Source: an uncultured Verrucomicrobiae bacterium (lineage in GTDB: Bacteria > Verrucomicrobiota > Verrucomicrobiia > Limisphaerales > UBA11358). From it: a stretch of DNA of 64,000 nucleotides. The position numbers and the translations under genes were made by a program. Every line of letters starts with the position of its first letter. Positions within the stretch are counted from its first letter, which is position 1. The stretch lies in NCBI GenBank assembly GCA_963789335.1, contig CAWBKH010000013.1, positions 3,174-67,173 of the forward strand. Reading direction: 5' to 3'. Positions 19,174 through 28,358 of the stretch are shown here, piece by piece. The notes below the pieces were generated by a model that worked only from the letters and a program-made list of their open reading frames with translations, ran no database searches and had not been told where the DNA came from.

Positions 19174-20133
19174 GTGAAATTAAAGATTTCCATCTGGCTG
19201 AATATGACTTTGCTCGGCGGCCTGATTTTTGTCCTGATGAACCAGCGAAAGGAAGAAACCACCGCCGCGCCGGTTTTATCTGAAGCCAGACCGCCGTTGC
19301 GGGCGATTGCCACGCCCGCAGCTCCGGCGTCTTCGGACATGGAAACCGCGCCTTTTCATTGGAGCCAGCTTGTGTCTGCGAAGGATTATCGGGCTTACAT
19401 CGCCAATCTGCGCGCCATCGGCTGTCCGGAACCGACCATCGAGGACATTGTCAGGGGCGACACCGACCGGGCGTTTGCCTGGGAACGCAGTCAACTGGAT
19501 CTGGACGGCGCCGGCACGGGCCCGTGGTCGCAGGCGCGGGAGATGCAATTGGTGGCCAGCTTGTTGAGCGGCCAGCCGCCGGTTGAAACTGCCGCCTTGG
19601 CGCAAAGCGCGGAGAATCCGATGGATGGAAACAGCGGCAACAACGAAGCCTCTCAAACGGCCACCCCGCCGCAAGTTGCGGCGAATCAAACGCCGGAGAA
19701 TACGGGTGGCATGGTTGCTCAAGTTCCTGTTCCGTCACAAAATGCCGAAAGGACAGCGCCATCCTACCCGTTGTTCCTCCAGAATGTGAATTGGAGCGCC
19801 TTGGGGTTCAATGCCGACCAGCAGGCCGCCATCGCGCAGGTGCGGCAGCAGTTCTTGGGCGAGATTAACGGTCTGAGCCAAAACCCCAACGATCCGGCGA
19901 GCCAGAATTCTAATCCATCGGTTCCCGACTCCAACAACCCGGCTCCCCTGACGCAATGGCAAACGGCCCTGCAAAACGCCGATGCCCAGTTGCTCGCGTC
20001 GCTGGGCAGCGATGGTTACGAGGCTTATGTGCAACAGCAATACCATAGCTGGTATCAACCCCAGGTGGTCGCGGCCAATGCGGAAGGAAAGCCTCTGGTA
20101 ATTAACCCGGATGCGTTCTCGGTTTCACCGTAA
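19174..20133 (+). CDS. Membrane-anchored hypothetical protein
   Basis: N-terminal hydrophobic segment; PFHWSQL...DYRAYIANLRAIGCPEPTIEDIV motif; helical C-terminus. Confidence 0.7.
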   Translation: MKLKISIWLNMTLLGGLIFVLMNQRKEETTAAPVLSEARPPLRAIATPAAPASSDMETAPFHWSQLVSAKDYRAYIANLRAIGCPEPTIEDIVRGDTDRAFAWERSQLDLDGAGTGPWSQAREMQLVASLLSGQPPVETAALAQSAENPMDGNSGNNEASQTATPPQVAANQTPENTGGMVAQVPVPSQNAERTAPSYPLFLQNVNWSALGFNADQQAAIAQVRQQFLGEINGLSQNPNDPASQNSNPSVPDSNNPAPLTQWQTALQNADAQLLASLGSDGYEAYVQQQYHSWYQPQVVAANAEGKPLVINPDAFSVSP

Positions 20134-20286
20134 CTTTTATTTGAGGGGAGTGGCTGAACCTGGCGCAGAACACACGAAATGAGACCTCTGCAAAAACCTC
20201 GTTTGACTGTAATTGAGTGCCGCAAACTCCGCTAAATTGAAGAGTGCGGCTTTCTCCCGAAAGCCGCCACGTTTGCTTTGCGCCTG

Positions 20287-21222
20287 TCACTCGCTGCGCT
20301 TTTGTTGGTTCGTAGGATTTTGGGCGTGAAACTCGGCCACCATCCGCTCCGCTTCGGCAAATTGTTCGGGCGTGAGCGCATGATTTAGGTTGTATTCTTC
20401 AAAGGAATGCCGGCCGGTTGCGTTCCCCTGTTCTGCGCTCAACGCGAACCATTTGTAAGCCCGCACCTTGTCATGGGGAAGCCCGCCGTCGCCATCCTCG
20501 TACATCAAGCCCAGGTTGGCCTGGGCCATGGCGTCGCCCCTTTCGGCCGCCCGGCGATACCATTTGGCCGCCTCCATCAAATCCGTCTTCACGCCCCAGC
20601 CGTTTTGATACAAAAAAGCCAGATTGTTCATGGCGCCCACGTAACCCTGTTCAGCCGCCTTACCGAGCCATCTGGCCGCCTCGGCATAGTTGACATGTTT
20701 GGTGTCACCGGGATATTCGCCGTTGAGATAGAATTGCCCCAAGGCGTTTTGCGCATAGGTCTGGCCGTGTTCGGCGGATTTCTGCCACCAAGCCACGGCT
20801 TCATCAAAATCCTGTGGCACGCCGTTGCCGTGGGCATAAGCGTAACCCAGGCAGTATTGAGCCAGCGAATCTCCCTGCGCGGCCGCCTTGCGATACCACT
20901 GGAGCGCTTGCGGAAAATCCTGTTTGACGCCCAGGCCGCGCGCGTAATAAGAGCCGAGGGCGGTCTGGGCATGGGCGTACCCTTGATCGGCGGACTGGCG
21001 GAGGTACTCAGCCGCCTTGGCATAATCCTGCGGAACCCCTTCTCCATTTTCATAACACTGGGCAAGCTCATACTCCGCCCGGGCATTGCCTTGGCCTGCC
21101 GCTGACTGGACGGCTTGAAAATGGGAGCGCGGCGAAGAAACACAACCGCCCGTGGCCACAATCAGTAATGCCGATGCCAGCCGGATGCCCGCTATTGGAT
21201 ATCTACGCATGTTTAATTCCAT
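20287..21222 (-). CDS. Sel1-repeat (TPR) putative lipoprotein
   Basis: About seven AQxxLGxxYxxGxGVxxD..A..W...AA.QG repeats; lipobox-like ATGGC. Confidence 0.9.
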   Translation of the reverse strand: MELNMRRYPIAGIRLASALLIVATGGCVSSPRSHFQAVQSAAGQGNARAEYELAQCYENGEGVPQDYAKAAEYLRQSADQGYAHAQTALGSYYARGLGVKQDFPQALQWYRKAAAQGDSLAQYCLGYAYAHGNGVPQDFDEAVAWWQKSAEHGQTYAQNALGQFYLNGEYPGDTKHVNYAEAARWLGKAAEQGYVGAMNNLAFLYQNGWGVKTDLMEAAKWYRRAAERGDAMAQANLGLMYEDGDGGLPHDKVRAYKWFALSAEQGNATGRHSFEEYNLNHALTPEQFAEAERMVAEFHAQNPTNQQKRSE

Positions 21223-21349
21223 ATTGTGACGGGATTCAGATTATTGGGCGCCAGCGCTTCAAACAAGTTACGATTCGGAGTCGAAGGAAAGAAGGTTTGT
21301 TACAATCACGTGATGCGCTGCAAAGTTTGATTCGTCCCGAAGCCGTTTC

Positions 21350-21376
21350 TGTTATAAGCTGTAAACCCCCAGTCAC
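21350..21376 (+). promoter_or_regulatory. Weaker Pho-box-like repeats upstream of the 21491 gene
   Basis: TGTTAT-aagc-TGTAAA-ccccc-AGTCAC (10- and 11-bp periods). Confidence 0.3.
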
Positions 21377-21490
21377 TTGTAAAAACCGCCCATGCGTCCG
21401 ATTATTTGAAGTTCATGTCCTGACACAGGTAGTTTGAATCGCCAATCTTGGCTAACCTTTCCTCTCAAAATTATGACAAACAAAGGAACA

Positions 21491-22534
21491 ATGAAAAAAA
21501 TCTTTCAAAAAATCAACCGGCGGTGTTTTAAACTAACAATCCTGGCAGTCCTCCTATTGCCTGAAATTGCCAGCGCCCAATATTTTACTTATGGACCTGG
21601 CGATTTGGTGGCCGGTTTTCGAAAGCCCAATGTCGGCTCCTACGAGCTGGTGGTGAATGTCGGCAACATTTCCAACTTTCTAGTCCAGCCGATAGGCACG
21701 GTCATCACCCTCTCGCCTACCGCCACGTTTTCTCCCAGCCAGCTTTCGGATGCTTTCCCCAGTTTCACCAATCTGAATTGGTCGGTGTCGGGGTCGTTTG
21801 GCATTAGCGGCACCTGGGATGGATTTGCGCAAAACACAATCTGGTACACCCTGCCGCGCTCCAATCCCAACGTCCAAACCACGCCCCCATCGCGCTATAC
21901 CCTTTATGTCCAGTCACCCGTTAAACTGGACATAACCAATCCAGGCATTGAATTTGCCGCCAATAACATTGGCAGCAACTTGGGAGCGACCAACCAGGAT
22001 AACAACATGTACTTGGTGCGAGAACCGGTCAACGGCGCTTACAGCAGTGAAAATTACTCCGCCTATGTCGAGGATCCAAATGACAATACCCAGGCGACTT
22101 TTCAAGGTCAGTTGCCCTCCACCATCGAAAACGTGACGCCCACCCCGTTCACCTCGGCGGTGGCTTCCGTCTCGGACCTGTATCAATCCGTCCCGACCGG
22201 TTACACGGATCCCAATACCGGCACCAACAACGGCACGGCCTATTATGTCGGTTATTTCACCTTGAAGTATGATGGTTCCATGACGTTCACCCGGGCCGTG
22301 ACCGAACCGCCGGCGCCGCAGATTACGTCCGTCACCCGCGCAAGCGGCACGACCACCATCTATTTTACGACGGTGAGCGGGGCGACCTACACGCTTTATC
22401 ACTCAACCGCGCTGACGACCCCGCTGGCGAGTTGGACGTCTTCGTCAACGCTCACGGGTGATGGCGGCACTGATCATTTGACGGATTCCTCGACGGATGC
22501 CGCGCGGTTCTACCGGGTGAGCGCGCATTATTAA
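21491..22534 (+). CDS. Secreted protein homologous to the PEP-CTERM protein at 16716 but ending in an 'RFYRV' C-terminal domain
   Basis: RBS AAGGA at 21483; signal peptide; shared DL-x-x-GF and Y-x-GY-x-TL...TFT motifs; C-terminus FTTVSGATYTLY...W...GDGG...LTD...RFYRV. Confidence 0.8.
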   Translation: MKKIFQKINRRCFKLTILAVLLLPEIASAQYFTYGPGDLVAGFRKPNVGSYELVVNVGNISNFLVQPIGTVITLSPTATFSPSQLSDAFPSFTNLNWSVSGSFGISGTWDGFAQNTIWYTLPRSNPNVQTTPPSRYTLYVQSPVKLDITNPGIEFAANNIGSNLGATNQDNNMYLVREPVNGAYSSENYSAYVEDPNDNTQATFQGQLPSTIENVTPTPFTSAVASVSDLYQSVPTGYTDPNTGTNNGTAYYVGYFTLKYDGSMTFTRAVTEPPAPQITSVTRASGTTTIYFTTVSGATYTLYHSTALTTPLASWTSSSTLTGDGGTDHLTDSSTDAARFYRVSAHY

Positions 22535-22686
22535 TTAAGTTTGGCTTGTCATTGTTCGTTTCGTGGGCTGCCCGTGGTTCAGAGCGGCCAGCCTTTTTTG
22601 TCTGAATCGAAAAGGATGGCTTCGACAATGGGCCGGCGGCGTTCCATCGCTGACCGGCGTTCCCTTTCGCGCTATACCGTACCCGC

Positions 22687-23556
22687 ATGCAGATTGCAAC
22701 CCTGAGGGTGTTCTGCGATGTCATTGAAACCGGAAGTTTTACCAAAGCCGCACCGAGAAACGGCTGCAGCGTGTCCCATGCCTGTCATGCCTTCCGAAGC
22801 GTGGAGGAGCATTTCGGCGTCCGTTGCGCCGTCCGCGACCGGCAACATTTCCGGGTCACGTCCGAAGGCTGGCTCTGCTACCAGCATTGTCTGGAAATGC
22901 TCCAGCTCCAATGCCAGGCGCTGCGGCAGGTCGAGCGCACCCGCAAAAGCTCCGCTGCGATTTTTATCTTGGCCGCCTGTCTCAGCTTCGGCCTCCATCA
23001 ACTCCAGCCCATTCTCCGGCAGTTCCGGCAGACGTTCCCGCACCTTCAAATCCATGCCCGCTACGGGCACATTGACGAAGTGCATGAACTGGTGTTGAAC
23101 AACGCCGTGGACCTCGGTCTGACCGCCTATCCCCGGCGGCTGCCGGAACTGATCATCGAGCGCGTCCGCGACGAGCGGCTGGTGCTGGTCTGTCATCCGC
23201 AACATCGCCTCGCCGGATGCGCCGAAGTTTCCCTGCCGGCCCTGCGCGGCCTGCCGATTATTGCCTGGCGCGAAATCCCATGGAGCGTCTTTCTGAAAAA
23301 ACTCCCCGACGGTCAGCGCCACCTGTTTGAACCGCACTGCAAATTCAACGAGGTGGAAATGGTCAAGCAAGCGGTGGAAAAAGACGTGGGCATTGCCATC
23401 CTGCCGGAAGCAACGGTCATGTCGGAAGTGTCCAACCACCTGCTGGCGGCGTGCCCGTTTGAAAACGGCCGGTACGCCGAGCCGGTGGCCGTCATTTACC
23501 GCAAAGGCCGGGTGCTGACCACGGCCATGAAAAACTTCATTCAGTTCTTGAAATAA
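22687..23556 (+). CDS. LysR-family transcriptional regulator (divergent HTH)
   Basis: MQIATLRVFCDVIETGSFTKAA; LysR substrate-binding C-terminus (VDLGL, LVLVCHPQHRLA, VEKDVGIAILP). Confidence 0.85.
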   Translation: MQIATLRVFCDVIETGSFTKAAPRNGCSVSHACHAFRSVEEHFGVRCAVRDRQHFRVTSEGWLCYQHCLEMLQLQCQALRQVERTRKSSAAIFILAACLSFGLHQLQPILRQFRQTFPHLQIHARYGHIDEVHELVLNNAVDLGLTAYPRRLPELIIERVRDERLVLVCHPQHRLAGCAEVSLPALRGLPIIAWREIPWSVFLKKLPDGQRHLFEPHCKFNEVEMVKQAVEKDVGIAILPEATVMSEVSNHLLAACPFENGRYAEPVAVIYRKGRVLTTAMKNFIQFLK

Positions 23557-23587
23557 CCGGAGGGAGGGTAATGCGTCATTTTCAATG

Positions 23588-23637
23588 GTAGGGACGCCGC
23601 GCTGCGGCGTCCGGACAGCGCAGCGCGCTGTCCCTAC
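23588..23637. repeat. GTAG-type REP doublet
   Basis: GTAGGGACGCCGCGCTGCGGCGTCC / GGACAGCGCAGCGCGCTGTCCCTAC. Confidence 0.75.
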
Positions 23638-23749
23638 AAATTGATATTCAGCGGCAACCCGGCCACCAACGCGGGAAACTTCCACCAATCCATCGGACAA
23701 TCTGTCGGCAGCGCGCGGCCTTCCGGGTGAGGCCGAAAGCCTTTTACGT

Positions 23750-23838
23750 GGCCTGCCGCGTGAGGCGGAGCCTTTTGCGCGGCACAACCGCGTGGCGTAG
23801 CTTTACGCGGCATTTTTCCGGCTGTCAACCGGCAGTCC
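23750..23838. repeat. About 90-bp direct repeat, copy 1
   Basis: The 18-bp GGCCTGCCGCGTGAGGCG and the 37-bp TTTACGCGGCATTTTTCCGGCTGTCAACCGGCAGTCC are identical to those in copy 2. Confidence 0.85.
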
Positions 23839-23988
23839 TTGATGAAACTGTTTCAACCACGAAACACACGAACCACACGCAAACTTCCGCTCCAATCGTA
23901 AATCGGCAATCGTAAATCCCGACGCCCTGCTGGCCGGCATCGGCCTCTAGGTCCTGCGCCAAAAATCCTCCGCGGTGGAGAAACTGGA

Positions 23989-24219
23989 TCAGATGTCAAC
24001 CGCCGAAAGTCTTTTGTAACGCAGGAAATTGGTGGCCGCTTTGGCCGCGGTGCAATCACCGGCTGCATCCACATAGATGCCCTCGATGCGGGAAGAGCCA
24101 TCCTCCGCTTGACACAAGGCCCAGCAGTTCAGCGGCAAGGACAATTCAGCGTCGTCATCCATCTTAAACACGGCAAACCAATCATCGGCGGGAATTATTT
24201 GTACAATTCTTTCGTTCAT
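23989..24219 (-). CDS. Small hypothetical protein
   Basis: MNERIVQIIPADDWFAVFK... compact, globular-looking 76-aa ORF. Confidence 0.6.
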   Translation of the reverse strand: MNERIVQIIPADDWFAVFKMDDDAELSLPLNCWALCQAEDGSSRIEGIYVDAAGDCTAAKAATNFLRYKRLSAVDI

Positions 24220-24384
24220 GTTTATGTGATCACAGAAATATGGCTTCCTTGGTGCGATTCCGTGTATCGCAAACACGATAATGCGGCTTCTGTGACTGTC
24301 AAATGCGATGTGCCAACGGCCCCCGCTGTTTCTCTCCGCCCAGGTGACGCTCTTTCCCGGCAGCTTTTGGAACCGACGCCGCGC

Positions 24385-25176
24385 TCAGCTTCGTTTGAGT
24401 TCGAAAATCTGAATTCGGATACGGTGGCGGATGTCAAATTGGGCAGGGGCAATTCCTTCCAGCAAAGTCTGATGCTCGCGGTCAAATGCTTCCGTCTGCT
24501 CCGGGGACAACGCCGCGCCAATCCACTTGCAGGCGCGTATGCGCCCACGCCAGGACTCGCGTGTAAATGACACATTAACTGTAAAATCGTGGTACGTTTT
24601 CAACCGGAACCGGGCCAGCGACCAGGCTGGAATGATTTCCACGTTTCCACCCCGGCTCGACTGCCCCGCCGCGGGATTGTGCCTGGCAATCAATTGATCC
24701 GTCTGGCTGGCAATGGGGTTCTCCGCCGCCATCCAGGTCAAGGAACTCACCAGCAGCAACCCTTCCGAACGGAGCAGGCGCGGCGCCTCCGCTTCCATGC
24801 GGTTCATGTCAAAATAGCTCCAGCACATGCTGGCGGTGATCGCGTCAAAATCATGGTCGGGCAAACCCGTGGCCTCGGCCGGAGCCATCTTGAAAGTGAT
24901 TTTGACACCATGCCGGCGGGCGGCCTGTTGTCCGGCCTGGATTTGTCCTTCCGAAACATCCACGGCCGTAACCCGCGCGCCCTGCTTCGCGAATGGAACG
25001 GCCAGTGCTCCAGTGCCCGAACCGAGATCGAGAATGTCCTGTCCCGCCAACCCGATCCCCAGATATTGCAAAAGAACAAAAAAGTCGTTGGGGTATCCCG
25101 GCCGGTGTTGGAGATAATCCTGCGAGGTGGCGCCCCAATGCAGCGGTTTTACATCTTTGGTCTGTGCGTGAGCCAT
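24385..25176 (-). CDS. Class I SAM-dependent methyltransferase
   Basis: DYLQHRPGYP; ILDLGSGTGALA; VTAVDVSEGQI; FDAITASMCWSYFD. Confidence 0.9.
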   Translation of the reverse strand: MAHAQTKDVKPLHWGATSQDYLQHRPGYPNDFFVLLQYLGIGLAGQDILDLGSGTGALAVPFAKQGARVTAVDVSEGQIQAGQQAARRHGVKITFKMAPAEATGLPDHDFDAITASMCWSYFDMNRMEAEAPRLLRSEGLLLVSSLTWMAAENPIASQTDQLIARHNPAAGQSSRGGNVEIIPAWSLARFRLKTYHDFTVNVSFTRESWRGRIRACKWIGAALSPEQTEAFDREHQTLLEGIAPAQFDIRHRIRIQIFELKRS

Positions 25177-25249
25177 GCGTCATTTTTGCCAAAGCAGCAG
25201 GAATGTAAAGGGTCGCGGCGGAGAGAAGCCGTCACCCGCCCGGTCGCGC

Positions 25250-25340
25250 GGCCTGCCGCGTGAGGCGACCTGTCCATCGTAGCCTTGGAGAAGTTGGAAG
25301 CCATTTACGCGGCATTTTTCCGGCTGTCAACCGGCAGTCC
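25250..25340. repeat. About 90-bp direct repeat, copy 2 (contains a minus-strand TTGACA upstream of the methyltransferase)
   Basis: See copy 1; offset 1500-1502 bp. Confidence 0.85.
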
Positions 25341-25462
25341 GTGAGTGTTGAAGGCTGCAGGTTAGAATCTGTTTAAATCGCCTTTCGAAAACCGCGATTC
25401 TACATTCCCAAATTTGCTCGCCTCTGCCCCCTTTCCGGCGCACACTCGCGCTACCAAACGCC

Positions 25463-25843
25463 ATGTCACTCATCAAAGGACGCCGCTACACCTGGGGCGA
25501 GATCGTGGACGAAACCAACGCCGACGGCTCAGGCCCGTATTACCTGCTGCATCGGGACGGGAAGGTCGTGGCGGGTTGCTTCACACTGGAGCTCAACCCG
25601 GAGGCGCCGCTGGTGGTTCTTGCCGGCGACGGCCCGCAGGTCCGCGAGTGGGCGGACATCTTCTGCGCGCAGGCGGGTTCAATCCCGGTATGCCTGAAGA
25701 CTGGCATGGGCGAATGGCTTTGCGTTGGACGCTTCCAACTGGTGCGGGCCAGCACCGACCCGGCCGAAATCGCAAAGTATTCCGCTTCAGCCAAAAGGTC
25801 TGACGTTTACAAAATCCTCTTTCTCGAAGAAGTGGCCAAATGA
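25463..25843 (+). CDS. Hypothetical protein; possible DUF6697/PUA-like nucleic-acid-reading domain
   Basis: 126 aa. GKVVAGCFTLELNPEAPLVVLAGDGP...IPVCLK...W..VGRF resembles domains seen fused to HNH nucleases (recalled, not searched). Confidence 0.5.
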   Translation: MSLIKGRRYTWGEIVDETNADGSGPYYLLHRDGKVVAGCFTLELNPEAPLVVLAGDGPQVREWADIFCAQAGSIPVCLKTGMGEWLCVGRFQLVRASTDPAEIAKYSASAKRSDVYKILFLEEVAK

Positions 25844-26192
25844 CGCATCAGCGCCCGCGGATTTCTGTTTTGCCGCCCTCCGCCCTCCGCCCTCCGTCTT
25901 CTGCCCCTTTCTCAAACCTCAGCTCCTTGCCTCGCTGTAGTGAACGAAGGCGGGTCAACCAACAACCTTCAACCAGCTCGCTATTGACGCGCGCGCCGCT
26001 CCGGCCCACTCTCGTAGTCATGGCGGGTCAGAAGAAACCGTTGGCTCACGAAGAATCCATCCTGGAGATGGCCATCATACGGATCGCGTCGTCAAGGATG
26101 GCGGTTTTGCCGAACCGCAAAGAGATTTTTTGGAATTCCACGCCACCAACGTGTTCTTGAAAAGAGAAATTAGTGGATGAACCGACCAGACC

Positions 26193-27028
26193 TTGAGTTT
26201 TAACCCACCACTTTCAAATGCAGAGGTTGAAGCTGCTTTCCGCAGCAGCTTCACCAAAATCGCATCCATAGCTAGAGGAACTGGCGGTCAGGGTGTTGTG
26301 TTTAAGGCCGAATCGAAACAGCAAGACAACGTGCCATCGCAAACAGTTGCCCTGAAGATTTACTATCCAGGATCGCTGGTGGAAAGAACACACAGAGAAG
26401 TCCAGGCGCTTGCCAGATTGAAATGTGACCACATCGTAAAACTCCACGCCGCCGGCCACACCAATTTACGTGGACAAAATTGCATGTTTGTAGCCACTGA
26501 ATTCATTGAGGGAGAGGTTTTATCTGCTGTGCTCTCTCGCGGTCATCTGCCCACGGGTCAGGTAGCTCGGATTGGCCGCGAAATTGCATTGGCCATTGCA
26601 GCCTTATGGGTTGAGCGCTTGGTGCATCGAGATATTAAGCCGAATAACATTATGTTTGCTCACAATGGTCGTGCGGTGCTGATCGATCTTGGAGTTGCGC
26701 GCCACCTATCGCTGGGTGCGCTCACAACTCTTGGTAAAACTTGGGGGACTGATGGCTATATGTCACCAGAGCAAGCAAACGCGCTCCGGCAATTGTCATG
26801 TAAGTCTGATATTTTCTCCCTGGTGTCGTGCTTCAAGAGCTGTTGCTCGGCATCCATCCAACGGGCAACAATCAATTGGCATTCGCCGGAGGTGGGGTTA
26901 AATGTGCTGCCTTGAAGTTCGGGATGCCAATTCCATTTGAGCTTCTATTGAATTCAATGCTTGTGCTTAATCCACAGAACCGCCCAAATCCGCTTCATGT
27001 CGCCGATTGTTTCCTAAAATACATATAA
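26193..27028 (+). CDS. Hanks-type Ser/Thr protein kinase with an apparent 1-nt frameshift at about 26822
   Basis: GGQGVVF, VALK, HRDIKPNN, LIDLG, GTDGYMSPEQ and SDIFSL motifs. Adding one G at 26822 restores ...SLGVVLQELLLG... and joins the 26828..27028 ORF. Confidence 0.85.
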
Positions 27029-27038
27029 GCAAACGAAT

Positions 27039-28358
27039 ATGAATAACGCATTCTACGCACCCGCGCGTTACAAAATGGCCATCCCTGGCAATGTTCAGGG
27101 AATCTCTGGTGGTCTGATTTTCCCAGCAGGTGTTCCGTCGCCGACCTTAATTCGGCGGGGCCGAAAGGATTTGAGTAAAAAATACCCATATCTCACGCAA
27201 CGACTATTGGATCCACAACTCTATCTTGCGGAGCTTCCTGCCGCAACGTGTCGGAAGGCGTGTGTAAATTTAGCTAGTTACGGCTGGTTTCTAACAGAAG
27301 GAATCAAGCCGTTCGACAGCTCAAAACAAGATCAAACAGAATGGAGACAAGAAGCATTGGGAAAGATTCATCGTGCTTGGAAGGGAACAATTCCGACCGA
27401 TAAGCCGCGCATCCGAACGGCGATTCTTAAATCCGTCCTTTTTCAACAGAACATCGATTGCGAAGCAATTATTCTCCCATCTCCTCTTACCGCCGAGTTG
27501 TCGAGCGACTATACAGTTGAACTCGGCTGGCTTGATAGCGGGTTGGAAGTTGCCGAAACGATTGCGCCTGGCATGGATCGGATTGCATCCGTTGCGTTAT
27601 CAGACACTTCCTTGCGCGGATTAGACCCATGGAAAAACGACTTACTGACGGTAATCATTGATCAGATTACTGCTCGCACACCGGAGGGGGTTTATATCGT
27701 GATCGAACAATCGAATGAACACGGTTACTACTGCACTCATCCTAACACGGTTGGTTCTTTATTACGGTTGATTCATCAGTTTAGAGAAGCGGGATTAAAA
27801 CGAATCATTGTTGGCCCAATCGGATTGGCCGGTCTCCTTGCAACAGCAGTTGGCGCGGATGTTTGGTCCGCTGGCTGGTATCGGGGGGAACGCAGGGTGA
27901 TGCTTGCTGACTTTACAGATCAAATGGGGATGGCGGTTCCGACCTACTACACCCATGGTCTGGCTGGAGAAATTCATCTGGAAGGAGACCTCGACCGTTT
28001 GGTCCAAAGAGGTTTTCTCAAGCGCCTGGAAGACGAAACCCAAGCTAGTAACGGCTTAATAACAGCTTTGAGGGCTCGTCGCAGTGTCGGCACAGTGCCT
28101 GAATGGCGGCATGGCCAATCTAACGTCGAGGCTGCAAGGGAACATTTTTACACTGTTGCTGTTCGCGAGACCGCAAAATTAAATGGGCAACCGAAAACAG
28201 CTTGCTTACGTTACGCAAACGAGTGGCTGAAAGGAGCCGAGCAACTCGCTTCTGATTTATACAGCGTTGGGGGATTTAATCCTCGGACAGAACTTAACCA
28301 CCAGGCCGCTTGGCGTCAGGCTTTTGGTCAATTCTTAGAAGTGGTCGGGGCTTCGTAA
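27039..28358 (+). CDS. Hypothetical protein, predicted alpha/beta (TIM) barrel, reminiscent of P4 Beta/sce7725-type proteins
   Basis: 439 aa starting 10 bp after the kinase; alternating strand/helix pattern (LLDPQLY, IILPSP, GVYIVIE, IIVGPIG, GADVWSAGW). The family call is tentative. Confidence 0.6.
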   Translation: MNNAFYAPARYKMAIPGNVQGISGGLIFPAGVPSPTLIRRGRKDLSKKYPYLTQRLLDPQLYLAELPAATCRKACVNLASYGWFLTEGIKPFDSSKQDQTEWRQEALGKIHRAWKGTIPTDKPRIRTAILKSVLFQQNIDCEAIILPSPLTAELSSDYTVELGWLDSGLEVAETIAPGMDRIASVALSDTSLRGLDPWKNDLLTVIIDQITARTPEGVYIVIEQSNEHGYYCTHPNTVGSLLRLIHQFREAGLKRIIVGPIGLAGLLATAVGADVWSAGWYRGERRVMLADFTDQMGMAVPTYYTHGLAGEIHLEGDLDRLVQRGFLKRLEDETQASNGLITALRARRSVGTVPEWRHGQSNVEAAREHFYTVAVRETAKLNGQPKTACLRYANEWLKGAEQLASDLYSVGGFNPRTELNHQAAWRQAFGQFLEVVGAS

